A DNA stretch of 64,000 nucleotides from Trichosphaerium sp. ATCC 40318 (Eukaryota; Protista; Tubulinea). The stretch is taken from NCBI GenBank assembly GCA_038496445.1, contig JALMLS010000520.1, positions 62,001 through 126,000 on the forward strand, in the 5' to 3' direction. Below are positions 1-11,718 of this stretch, in pieces. Within the stretch, counting starts at the first letter, position 1. Each line of letters begins with the position of its first letter. Under the pieces are notes generated by a model. It saw only the letters and a program-made list of their open reading frames with translations, was not told the origin of the DNA and searched no databases. The position numbers were made by a program, and so were the translations under genes.

Positions 1-1
1 C

Positions 2-499
2 TTGGACATGTGTAATGCTATTACAGACAATGGTATCAAAGCTTTAGAAAACGTACACACGATATGTTTACCAAGTCATATCACAGAAGAAGGTATCAAG
101 TCATTAGCTGGTGTTTCAAATATCATGATATGTGACATCAGCTGTTGCATCACAGATGATACTATCATTGCACTTAAAGGTGTTAAGAATGCATACTTAT
201 ATTGTAAGAATATTACAGATGATGGTATTAGATCGCTTAGAGGCATTCATTCGCTTAGTTTGTATGATAGAAACAAGGTTACAGATTTAGGAATTAGAGC
301 TCTTATTGGGTCTTCTTTGATACAATTCGTTCATTGTAATCAAGTTACTATGGATACAGTGAATGTACTTTTGGATAGTGGTACATCAGTGACTGCATGG
401 AAGTGTAGACTACTTGACGAAACTAACTTTGAATCTTCTTGTATTGACAAGACTGTTGACGAAATAATCTGTGAGATTTTCAATGTATTCAGCCTGTAG
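2..499 (+). CDS. LRR-repeat protein (3' part, 5' end outside window), same family as the F-box/LRR genes in this window
   Basis: Uninterrupted ORF with repeats of the type ITDxGIKAL-GVHxxxL (ITDNGIKALENVHTICL, ITDDGIRSLRGIHSLSL). Confidence 0.8.
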   Translation: MDMCNAITDNGIKALENVHTICLPSHITEEGIKSLAGVSNIMICDISCCITDDTIIALKGVKNAYLYCKNITDDGIRSLRGIHSLSLYDRNKVTDLGIRALIGSSLIQFVHCNQVTMDTVNVLLDSGTSVTAWKCRLLDETNFESSCIDKTVDEIICEIFNVFSL

Positions 500-571
500 A
501 ACCCATTTTAAACCCTTACCTTGTAAAAGGGCATTGTTTAGAGCTAGAAATAAAAAAATGCTTTTTCTTTT

Positions 572-958
572 TTATTTACAGCAGACAAAAATCATAACAA
601 GTAGTATCAATGTTATACACAATGGTAGCGTATAATTTAGAGAGTTGTTTCTGGGCAACTTGAGACTAGTTTTCGTGGGGCACTTTCGTCTGGTTTTTAT
701 CAGTATTTTATCAACAGTATCACGTGCTCGCATGTGATTGTTTATTGTTCTGGCAAATATTAGTTTCAACCTTACGCATGGTAAAGAAGCGTACATGTTC
801 GTTATGTGAGGACTCTCGTATACAACGTAGTAGTAAGGCTTTGGTTTTGAACCCTTAATGGTTTTGATCAAGCGATTCCAGTAGCATTTCGCTCCTTTTT
901 TAACACGCCCATGAAGTGATTTGTACGCCTTGTTGATCCGGTGTGGATATTTGACCAT
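572..958 (-). CDS. Hypothetical basic protein with C-terminal hydrophobic anchor
   Basis: 128-aa ATG-initiated ORF ending in a TM-like LPLCITLILLVMIFVCCK; no recognised family. Confidence 0.35.
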   Translation of the reverse strand: MVKYPHRINKAYKSLHGRVKKGAKCYWNRLIKTIKGSKPKPYYYVVYESPHITNMYASLPCVRLKLIFARTINNHMRARDTVDKILIKTRRKCPTKTSLKLPRNNSLNYTLPLCITLILLVMIFVCCK

Positions 959-1377
959 GTATAGCGACCTTTGATAGAGCTGTGGTTACGCCCAAGACAG
1001 AATAAGAATGTCCGCTATATAAAAGTTTCTGCTAGCCATTTTTCACGTTTTAGCCCGAAAGGGTACGGGGTATTTCGGGAGTAAAAATTTAGGAATAGTC
1101 CCGGGTTCTATTCAATCCTGTCGGATTTTGGATTTTATTTTATGCTTTCAAAACAGTTAAAACCTCATTATTTCACGAAACAGGGTCTTGTATTTCACCA
1201 TTTAGACACTTCAAATAAAAGCTCTTTAAGAAAAACGTGGAGATAGAAACGTACACAACACGTACTGTCTGATCTTTTTTATTGTTAATTAACATATAAC
1301 ATGCCTTTGATGTGCTCACAGAACAATTGCTTTTTACTTTTACAATGACAGCTAATCATGCTTGAACTACTGCGCAC

Positions 1378-4300
1378 TTATAGTACTTTAGTTTCATTTT
1401 CTGAGTCAATCGCGGATACATCTATCACGTTGTTGTCTAAGTCTAATAATCCTGCTTTTTCGAGTCTTTGCTCTAAATCTACAACACGTTTTTTTAAAGT
1501 GTCTATTGTTTTTTGCATTTTGTTTTTCTCGCTTATATCCATTTTCTTTTGTGCTGTAGACGTTATTTTAGTTACACCACTCATAGATGTTGACTTGTGA
1601 TCATTACTGTCTATTTCAGCGTCAGTTTTTGTCATGTAGTACATCCGTGGAACAAGCAAAGACATGATTGATATGAAAGGTCCCAAAATGATACAAAGAG
1701 ATCTTAAAATAAACGCCACTTCTCGATCACGTGATCCAAAAACCTTTAGAATAAGATCAGTTAATTGTAAACAATAAATGTGTAGTACATGAGACGTACT
1801 TGAACAATGATAATAATTATAATGAAAAAAGTAAGAGTGTAAACAGCGAATCCGATAGACCTTGAACAAACAAGTTACTCACAAAAACCTCAGTTATGCA
1901 ATACAAAGATCGTAATGGTAGAGTGGATGGAGGTTGTAGTAATATTTTATACAACGTAAACTTCAAAAAAATAAAAGAATCATTTTGTTCGGTTGTACCT
2001 TGATTCGTTGTATAGAATAGCTTTTAATTTCCATATTCTATAAACCCAATAAAGCCCATATATTAGAACGCCAGCATTGAATACCATGAGGACAACAAAG
2101 AATATTGTATCTGTCGTTGAGTTTGTACATGTAAAATAATCATCAGAAAGAACAAACTCTTCCTCTTCAACGAGTTCAGCATGACTCATACTAACAGCTG
2201 TCCATAAAGCTAATATTAGAATCTCTGAGCATACAATAGCGCCAACAATAGGTATTATCATCATATTCGTAACTTTGAATACATCTAAAGTCTTAACAAG
2301 AAAAATCTGGCCGATTCTGTAAATCCTTGCAAACATTGCTCCATAGGTAAGCTAACATCACGTGAGTATTTGCCTTCAGTATAATCTATAACTACTTACA
2401 CCAAATCCGATAGTGAGAAACCATCTTACGAGATTACAGTGCACTCCATTTGTGTGAAGCGTCCAGAAAAATACAGAAGTATACATCAATATTGTACCAA
2501 CCTTTTTTTACGACTTGTTATGTTTAAACTATTGGATTTTACAACGCACCAGTGTTAAGACAACAAACATGGGCTGTGCAGCACGTATGACTCTATTTTT
2601 GTGATAAATCAAGATCCATAGGATGAGACCAAGTGTGATTAAAACAACAACTGATACCAGTAAGAGAATAATCCGCTCGCTGTTGTACTCTGTGTGGTAA
2701 CAAACATTAACAACATTGTACTCTAAATTGTATTTAAAGACGTACTGTACCACCCATATGTGGTTTCTCTCTCATCCCATTTTGGTGCAGGATATATGAA
2801 CTGCGTTGTAGCAGCAAATAGTGGAGCTACTATTTGGGATACGGAATTCTCATCAAGCTGATGTGTTAAACCGCTTCTTCCAAGATTCTGACCATACCTA
2901 TCAAACTCAAACTCACCACAAAACCCTGTTATGTCGATAGAGTTTATAACTTCTTGAATTTCGTCAACATCAAACGAACTACATGAACGAGGTTATTTTT
3001 TTTCACCTAAAAAAGGAAAACGATTTTTGACGCTTGAAAATCACGTGCTTGGCTGTTTCGAATGCGTGTTGAATTATGTATCCTTCAGCATAACCAATCA
3101 TACCTATGCGCATTTTAGATGATTTCAAACATAGAAGAAGGAGATCCGGACAAGAGAAAGATTCAAGTTCGCACCACTGTAATTCGGTTCATCTCCGTAT
3201 AAAGCCTTGTACTGCCTATTAAAAATCATAGGAGATGTCTCAGTTCCATCGCTAATAAAATGATGATAGGCTATATCCGTATTGAATTCGTCATATCGCT
3301 CAGTACCAAGCCTTTTATCCCACTAATTATTTAATCCTTTTAGTCTTAGAAAATGGAAATTAAGTACATTTCCTCCTGCAACTGTAACATATCTCGAGTC
3401 GTCTCCTGCATTTTCTATATTACATGGTCTTGAAAGTATGTACGCCTATCACTTTGAGTAAGTAAAGCTAGTAATGATAGTCCTAGAACTATATCATATT
3501 TACATTGGCATTAAAATTCATTCGCCTTGCTGTCTTCATAAACGCAACACAAGAGTAGAAGGTTGCTCCTAGTACAACATCTATAAAACAATTCAATAAT
3601 CTAATGCTTACGATAATGCGTGTCAATAAAGAACTATTTCTGACAGTACCTGGTTTCGCGTCTTTTAACCTTGAAATAAGATTATCTATTTCCGGTTGTA
3701 ATACTGTTTCATTTGAAGAAAATGTTATACTCGTATTGTACACAAGCTCCATCCCCAAAAAAGCGATACTCCTTAGAGCGCCTTCAGCTATAGAATTTGT
3801 AAAGGCAGAATCTAGAAAAGTTACTAATCGGAACATGTGACAAAAACCTTTTGAAGTACCTTCCCAAAATACAGCGATTCTTTTTGCATTTTGAATGGCT
3901 AGTAAATTCAAAGGCTCCACCATGAACCTCGATGATGGTTGTATAAGGCTAGAAACATATTTCAGCCTTCTTCCGAATGGAACTGTACATGGCTGTTCTA
4001 AACCCTCGTCGCATATATAGTTACCAACGGTAGCTGCGCCAGCTATTACAAAGGTGAGATACAAAACAATTTTTCGGCTTTTGTTACGAAAAAACCTCAA
4101 AATCACGTGATAAAGCGAGAAAAACAGCGTTGTAACAAAAACAGTTCACTTTAATATTTCTCCCAGTATATTTCTTTTTCACGTGGAAAAACATATCTAC
4201 GTCGTATAGCTACGCTGTGCAGATGTGACAGTAAGTTTTTGTGGGAAAAAAAAAACAACCGCCTTTGCTCTTACGCACGTAACAAAGAATTTACTTTCAG

Positions 4301-4863
4301 ATCATTTGCAGCGATCGCGCCAGGAAGTCCCAAATGTGTCGTTATTGGCTGAATAAAAACCTTTTTTAGTTACGGAACAAAGTGACTTTAGAAAAAAATG
4401 TCGTCATAGCAATAGTACCAATAAAATGAAGTCTATGCTTTCATTCATTACTAGATATCGTGTAGCGGTAGCTACTGAATTACCACTATCGCCTAAGAAC
4501 ACGACTTTTAGTCGAAGCTTGAATTAAAAAACCAATGCAAACACAGCAAGTTCTAGCACTGAGCGAAACAGAGAACATACCTGCTGTTCGTTCTACAATT
4601 TCTACTAGGTATTTTGTCCCATTTATCAGTATACCCTGTCTCTCGTTCACCTAGAGCTCACCGGTTACCACTTACTCTATTTTACAGTTTTACACTACCG
4701 ATTGTTTCCACATTTGCTGTCCATTTCTCATTAGAGTGCTGCTGCTAACAGTTGAGCCTTCTGTAACATGTACAGCTCCGATTCGTAAAACGTTTTGAGC
4801 ATAAGACAATTCCAGTACTAAGGTACATAATAGTACCAAAACGCTGATCGAAAGATAGCGCAT
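1378..4863 (-). CDS. Family C (GABA-B/Grl-like) GPCR: signal peptide, periplasmic-binding-like ectodomain, 7TM, C-terminal coiled coil; multi-exon
   Basis: Signal peptide MRYLSISVLVLLCTLVLELSYA at 4863. TM exons carry class-C motifs VIRAAQPMF, MFARIYRI and YNESR. Tail contains IDTLKKRVVDLEQRLEK. Many GT-AG introns. Confidence 0.85.
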
Positions 4864-6190
4864 GTGCACTGCTCTAGTTGAAAAAGGTGAAAAGAAAGTC
4901 AAAAAAAAGCAATCACAATCATTTTAGCATGTAAAAAAGATCGGGAGGAGTCTTTTGACGTCAAAACATAACCATCATGCTCACTCAACGCTGGTCAAGT
5001 ACTGGACAAGTTTGGTTTGCATCAAGAAAAAGAAAAGAAATGATATCAGACTTGAACAATTTATTGTTCGTGTTTGCTGTGTGCATACTTACCAACTTTT
5101 CCCATTGTTAAATGAGGTTCTTGGTATTAGTGAATGATTGAAAGCGCTTCACCATGATTGGTATTTTGCGTCAACGAAGCACACATCTGATAGTAGTGCT
5201 AACATACAAATAAGCAAACAAATGCAATGGTAGTCAAACTGACCTGTGGCTACAACCAAAGTTGTAACAATGATTGGTCCAAGACATACTAATAAATAAT
5301 ACTCCATAGCGATGAAAGCACATACCGTTCTGAGTACTCACGTAACAAACAAGGTTTACATTCCACGTTATCCACAACACCCCCTTCAGTACTATGAAAA
5401 ACAATTTGAGGTCAACATGTACTACTTTCCATACCTGCAGGACAATCTGTACAACCACCCTCTGACGTTCTTCCAAAACCACATGGCTTGCAATTTAGTA
5501 GCGCATCAACTGGTTGATGTCCAGGTAAGCAAGTCCCAGTAAATTAGTAACTTTTTAAGAGTGTATTAGTACCTGGATGATATTAATGGTACCTTTCGTG
5601 CGTAGATAATATTTTAGGCGGTACCATGTGGTTTAAAATAGCTCTATCTCGTTGACGAGGATCCCAGTACTCAGCTTTAAATATGAGACTTGCAAAGTTC
5701 TCGTATTGTATCATGACACGGTCAGTTTGATAGAAAATTATGTTCCCTGTTTTACGTGAATACAGCAAAATAAAAAACACGTGTGGTTTTTTTGACGCCA
5801 CAAAAACGTGTATTAGTACCTCCTACGCATACTACGTGACTTTCAGATGTTTCGTTGAGTGTGGCTCTTTCGATACTTCTGAAAGGCTTTTCTTTTGATC
5901 CATCCGCCTATTTTAAGCATTTTAAATGTAAAAACACGTGCCTATCGAGATTTGTTTTTTCAAAACAGTTACTACAATCGAATCGTCTAAAATGAGCTAC
6001 ATATACGCCACAATCTGCATTTAGTTAATAATAGTGGTTTTTATTACTGGCAGTGTTGTACGAAACTCTCTTCAATATGTACGGTGTGTAGAAGCATAGT
6101 AGACAAGAAAACAACGCGTGAAAAGTATGATGCATGCTGAATGGAACAGAGCGAAAAATAATTGGCTTAACAGTATTCGCGTACCCGAAT

Positions 6191-6745
6191 TAGGGTGTGG
6201 AATAAGGTCAAAGTCCTTCAAGTATTCCTCGTTTTACTAATTTCAACCTCAACAGATGCGGCCAATAACTCGGTAAATAGGGCGCAATCCACATAAGATT
6301 TTTTTGGTGGCGTTAAACCTCAATTTGGTACGGAGACTAGTAAATTTTGAAGATCATTCTTGCGCCCTAGGTTATGGCGTCGACACTGCCACAGCGGACA
6401 CCACATGCCATATAAACGCCGCTCCGTCATTTTCATGTGTATAGGATAGTTTCAGAGGCGAGAACGAGATTTTATTTCCACGTGTGTACGTCCAACCCAA
6501 TTTTAAACTCAGTTTTACGCAATCGCAGAACAAAATAAGGCTAGTACATTGGGCGTCAAGTGTCAACGAAATTTTGTACCTGTAAAAAAAGAAAACATGT
6601 TCTCAAACACAATAAAAACATTGTACCTACCGTTGACGAGCACTTTCAAGTGGATTTGTGGGATTGCGAACCCCTAACCCTAGTAAGATTCAGATAAACG
6701 TAGGGGTTTGACTGAACAAGAATTTGGGGGTTTTGCCAGAACCTA
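6191..6745. mobile_element. Non-autonomous TIR transposon (MITE-like, 555 bp)
   Basis: Flanked by TACCCGAAT at 6182-6190 and 6746-6754. Imperfect TIR: TAGGGTGTGGAATAA vs reverse complement of the right end TAGGTTCTGGCAAAA. Absent from the paralogous empty site near 50272 (GTAACCGAATTCAGAT). Confidence 0.85.
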
Positions 6746-6914
6746 TACCCGAATTCAGATAAACTACTCTACTGGTTGTTATTTTCGAGTTTTTTCTTAC
6801 TGATACGATAACTTGTAGACTATTATCAAGCAACGCGAGATGAACAAACACAAGTATTTATTCAGTAAGTTTTTTTATCATAAAAGGGTGACAAGCACTG
6901 GTTTGGGAGCAATC

Positions 6915-7331
6915 TTAGCAACTTCCACATGCTGCTTCACTCCAGCAACACCATTTATCACTTCTGATACGGAAACATAATGGAGATCCTGGGTAGCAGT
7001 ATGCAGTTGAGCCTTGAAAAAACGAAAAGTAAGTACAACCAACATTCGGATACTTTTTTTCATTATTCACGTACATTGACCACGCTTTTCGCGACCGCGT
7101 TTACGCCATCCAGGAGGACACCATCCATTTGTGTCACAGGTTTCGCCACAGAGTAATGGTCCTTGCTAAAGAAATGGTGTGAAAAAGAATTCTATGAGGT
7201 GGTAAGGAAAGAGTAGAAAAGGGGTTTACCTCAGTTGCTCTTTTAGCTCTTTCATTGAGTTCATTAGATTGGACCGCCAAGGCGAAAGTTAAAGCCGCAA
7301 GTACAAAGACAATAAGAGTAGTAGGTTTCAT
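6915..7331 (-). CDS. Secreted Cys-rich peptide precursor, 96 aa, 3 exons (7331-7230, 7165-7075, 7012-6915)
   Basis: Splicing at GT/AG gives MKPTTLIVFVLAALTFALAVQSNELNERAKRATEQGPLLCGETCDTNGWCPPGWRKRGREKRGQCSTAYCYPGSPLCFRIRSDKWCCWSEAACGSC*. Second copy at 50443-50848. Confidence 0.85.
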
Positions 7332-8319
7332 CAGGGTTTACGTTGTTGAATTCGTGAGGTGTTGTTTACGTTGGATAGTTTTAGTTTTGTGATAGTTTTG
7401 AGAAGTGAATTAAATCACATTTATTCTTTAAGATTGGTGTTTCGCATAAATATCTCATACAGAAAAGTGTGATACTGAAACTATGGTTAGAATACAGAAG
7501 AACGTGTGGTACTTAAACTACAATGAAATTTTGAGTACTTCTCTTTGCTCTTTAGTATTTCGTGAAAAATTCAAGTTTTGGTTTACGGTAAAGTTCTTAG
7601 CATAAAAGTACGGTGTGATTTTGTTTGTAACAGTGCGTGATTCAACAGTGATATAAAGCAGGTAGATAAATAGCACAGTGTCTTAACCCACAAAAAAAAA
7701 CAAGTCAGTTTTTTAACTTTGAAGTCAACCCTTTTGTTCTACTTCAACTACAAACCCTATTACACCGAAAATAAGAGAATTGATGACTTCTCGCAGAGTG
7801 ATAAAGCACAAAAGCTGTATAAAATTTTATACAATGGAAACAACATTTCTGACAATTTATTTACTGATATTCGGAAACCCAACTGTACATATTGTGGAGC
7901 TTGGCGAACCTAAGGATCAATCAATTTGTTATGTGTAAGGTTTTATAACTGCTATCAGTTCAATCAAACAACTCTTGACAACGGAAATCAAACTCTGAGG
8001 TGAAGTGTTGACGCAAACAATTTTTATGTTAAGATCATATTTCAGCCAAGCAGTAATGTTTTGCCTTCAATGGCAAACAAGTGGTTTTTTAATGTGAATA
8101 TCGTAACCATTGTAACTGTCTGACCGAATTGTAACTTGTATACAATTGGCACAATTGACGCGCGTAAATTATGTTGCTGCTGAGAATATGATATTTGAAG
8201 AAAAAACAAAAACATATGATATTTGAAGAAAAAACAAAAACTAACACTTTGTTGATGTTGTTGACTTTGTTTAATCTTGCACTTAAATCAACTGTGGCGA
8301 ACAACTTTTTGACAGGTGG

Positions 8320-8930
8320 GTTTCAGTCATTTTATTGTTGTTAACTTGCCTTACAACAAAACAGGGATAGACAACGAATACTGTGTTCGCATATTGTGCT
8401 TTGCGTTTTATTCTGTGGTCAAACTACACATGGTTATAAAGGCTCCATTACTTTTTCTTCTGAGCATCTGGCTTCTTCTCTGGGTGTTTGTAAAAGTAGC
8501 ACTTTTGATCTCTTAGTGCCTTTTCGTGATAATCACTGCGCTTACGATCCTGTGGGGTGTCGTGCATGTCGTGCCATTTTTTATGGACCAAGTGTCGAGA
8601 GCATGAGTTGTCTTTGTATTCCTTGTCTGTGCCCCATATCATATTACTCAAACCTCGACCATACTTGTTGTCTGTCATGTTGGAAGTGTTGTTGTGCTTG
8701 TTTAATGTACAATTTATTAGTTCATCTCGAGTTCCTCCAATGAACTTAGTTCCTGTTCTTGACAGATGTAGTCGCTGGTATTTTAGGGACAATTATTTCG
8801 GATTGGGCTAGAATACTACAAAGTCTACGTGAGTGAGGCTTTACTGCCTCTTTGAAATACTCGCAAGCATAAGTTCTAAAATATGTAATGTTCATGCAGT
8901 AATAAAAGAGTTCCTCTACCCTTCTCAAGC
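8320..8930 (+). pseudogene. Inverted duplicate of ~47350-47960; decayed multi-TM exon(s)
   Basis: Reverse-complement match to 47.35-47.96 kb. The hydrophobic frame (LLFLLSIWLLLWVFVKVALLIS*CLFVIITALTILWGVVHVVPF) is broken by stops. Confidence 0.7.
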
Positions 8931-9193
8931 TACGAAAAAGAATTTGAATGTGCCATTAAAGAAGGAGAGAAGAGAATTCAAGGATCTATGCAAGCACGAA
9001 ACTTGACACTGTATGATAATGCCAAAAATCACGTGCACAAATTTGTCAAGCGCAATCTTCAATTACTGTCCTTGAAAAACATACATTAAGTTAAGGCGGT
9101 TAGCCAATAAAAACAACTATGAAAGCAGTAAGTTACCCAAAAGAAAAAGATACTTACAAAACGATTTTATAGAACATTTCCGTCACCAGTCCG

Positions 9194-10598
9194 ATGTCTC
9201 TACTTGATATCCCTGTAGAGATACAAATGGATATTATGGACCTCTCGTATGAAGCCATGCGATTATGGCCGTTATTTTCAAGGTCAGCAGCAATAACAAC
9301 CAGATTTGATCATAATTTTGAAAAACATGGGAGATGGGTACGTTGAATTTATTTTACACGTGTTTTTTCATTCGTTCGAATAAACTATCATGATTGTGGT
9401 TTTGCTTTGGTAGCAAGACGTTCTACCTTATTTTTGAACCAAATTATATTGTTCCATAGTTCAGAATGTGGGTCTTCCAAGGTTTTTTTGGTTTACAAAA
9501 TATGCTCAGAGTTTTTATTTTTACAATCAGTGCTACTGTAGTTTGAAAAAAAGTAATCTTCGTTAGGTTGTGCATGATTCTGTTGGCAATAGGGCAATTG
9601 AGCAATACTTTAATGGTGGTATTGCTGAAGGATCATGTATAATTTTGTTAACAATAAACGAACAACCATACGCCACAGATGATTCAAGCAATACATCAAA
9701 CAATACATCTGAAGTTGAGTGTGGTAATTACTTACATCTTGGCTATTATCTTGATGGGAAACGTGATGGTATTTACAGAAAGTTTATTAATGAAACTCTT
9801 AGACTTGAATGTTTCTATGAGAATGGCCTTCTTCAAGGCGAGTATAAAGAGTGGTTTGAAGATGGTACATTATCAATCTTATACAACTACAGAGATGGTA
9901 AAAAAGATGGAATGTGTAGAGAGTCATACGAAAATGGGATTCTGCGATTGCTTAGTTTTTATAAAAATGATAAAAAACATGGTGAGTTTAAGTCTTACCG
10001 CGAAAATGGAGACTTACGTGAACATGGATCTTACTTGAACGGAGTTTTAGATGGTATTCGTAGACACTATTATACACACAAAAGAATTAGGTCTTTATCT
10101 CCTTACAAGAATGGTAAATTACACGGAACAGTCCAACACTATTATAAAACAGGAGACATCCGTAGTATTGCATGTTATGAATATGGTGACCTATGCGGTG
10201 AGAGAATGAAGTGGTATGAAAATGGACAGATTGCTAAAAGGTGGTTACCAAAGAATAAAACTAAACTGTATGAGGGAGAATACAGAGAATGGTATGAAAA
10301 TGGACAATTACACAAGGAGGCATACTTTAAGAATGATAGCTTCAATGGACCGTTCATGACTTGGTATGAAAGTGGTCAGAAAAAACAACAAGGCACATAC
10401 CTATTGGATAGGAAGAATGGAGTTTATGTAGAGTGGCATGAAAACGGACAGATTGCTGACACTAGCTTTTATGCAGCTGGTTTTAGAATTGGTACTCACA
10501 AGACATGGAATAAAAAAGGTGAGATGAGTATAGTGGATATTGACACTGATGTTCAAGGGGAAGGAATTCTCTTTGTAACTAGCCGTAAAAACTTCTAA
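9194..10598 (+). CDS. F-box-like + MORN-variant (YwqK-type) repeat protein; 2 exons (9194-9337, 9567-10598)
   Basis: Exon 1 is MSLLDIPVEIQMDIM...AAITTRFDHNFEKHGRW, followed by a phase-0 GTACGT...TTAG intron (9338-9566) that joins in frame to the ORF with G-x-Y-x-E-W-Y-E-N-G repeats. Confidence 0.85.
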
Positions 10599-11718
10599 TA
10601 AACATTCAACACCAACTTTTGATTCGTTCGTTGCACCACTTATTTAAACGTAAAACAGAATAGTTCCATCCCTCTAGTCTACCGCTATTTGTATTACCAA
10701 TAAACATACTTTACCTCACACTTTGGAAGATAGAAGAGAAACAATGAAAGCAAAGATGATGTGTAAGTGTCAAACTATTTAATTTATTCCCTTTTGGGGA
10801 TGTCATTCCCATAACAGCATTTTTGGAAATAAGTTTGAGTGTATACCAAATAGTTGAAGTCATAAAGTAACGCGCCAACAAGCATGAGTATTTCGTAAAT
10901 CTCGTGTTCACATTGAAATGAATTCAATCAATCAATCATACTCTGTTTTCTTTGATGAAACGATTGCTTACTTGAACAACAATTTAGCTCTTGGACACGA
11001 GATATGCTATGATAAGACCAAGTATGGATGTATAAATAATCACTTGTGTAAACACAGGAGGAATTGCGAAGAACTACAAGGTATGCATAGTACAACTAAG
11101 TTATTTTGTTTTCTCATTTTTTTCGTTTTAGGAATTGTTAACCAACAACGTTGGAATCAAATCAGAATCTTTATTCCTAGCATCTTAACTCTTCCATTAT
11201 TGTTATGTTATGCTGCTCTAGTACAAATATGGTATTGGTGTAGGCACTAAAGAGTATTGGTCACAATTTACCGTCATGAGCTCAAATAAAAACAGTTATT
11301 TGTAGTGAGCACTAGGCTTATTCAATCGTAGCATGAATATGCAACCAATCGAAAAATTTATAAAGCTTTCGATAAAGCAGTCTAAGTGTGCTAACCGAGT
11401 AATATAAACACCTTAGAATGGACAGGCCATAGTGCTACACTGTGCTTAACGAACGAGAAATAAAACAACACTCGTTCTAAATCTCAGAATCAAAAAAAAA
11501 GTATTGATGCGCACGTGTTTTTGAAAATTATGAGAAGTTTTTTCTCTATGTTGTTCTGAACTACTCCGCAATAAATTTACACAAAAAAGATTTGACCTCT
11601 TGTGCTTCTGCTCGATAGTTATTATCCATACACTTTTGCGTGTATAGCTTGGTGGGATGTCAGAAAAGAGCATAGCCAAAAAGTGCGAACAAAATTAGTT
11701 GTTAAACTGTTCTAACAT

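Larger units (their letters stand above)
5107..7745. repeat. Direct segmental duplicate of ~48170-51480, with internal deletions and a transposon insertion
   Basis: Matching blocks, e.g. GTTAAATGAGGTTCTTGGTA at ~5107 and 48171; GGCGGTACCA..GGTTTAAAATAG at ~5617 and ~49712; the peptide gene at 6915 and 50443. Confidence 0.9.

Noticed and set aside
6669-6682. Telomere
   Set aside because: Only two units, internal to a transposon-like insert.
8448-8792. ORFs 8448-8792 (-) and 47472-47837 (+), KHNNTSNMTDNK..., as a conserved gene or mobile element
   Set aside because: They are antisense to a decayed hydrophobic TM-coding segment; their similarity only reflects the duplication.
9570-10598. Bacterial toxin-antitoxin (YwqK antitoxin) system
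   Set aside because: The similarity is only to the repeat type. The gene has an F-box-like exon and an intron, and no partner toxin is adjacent.
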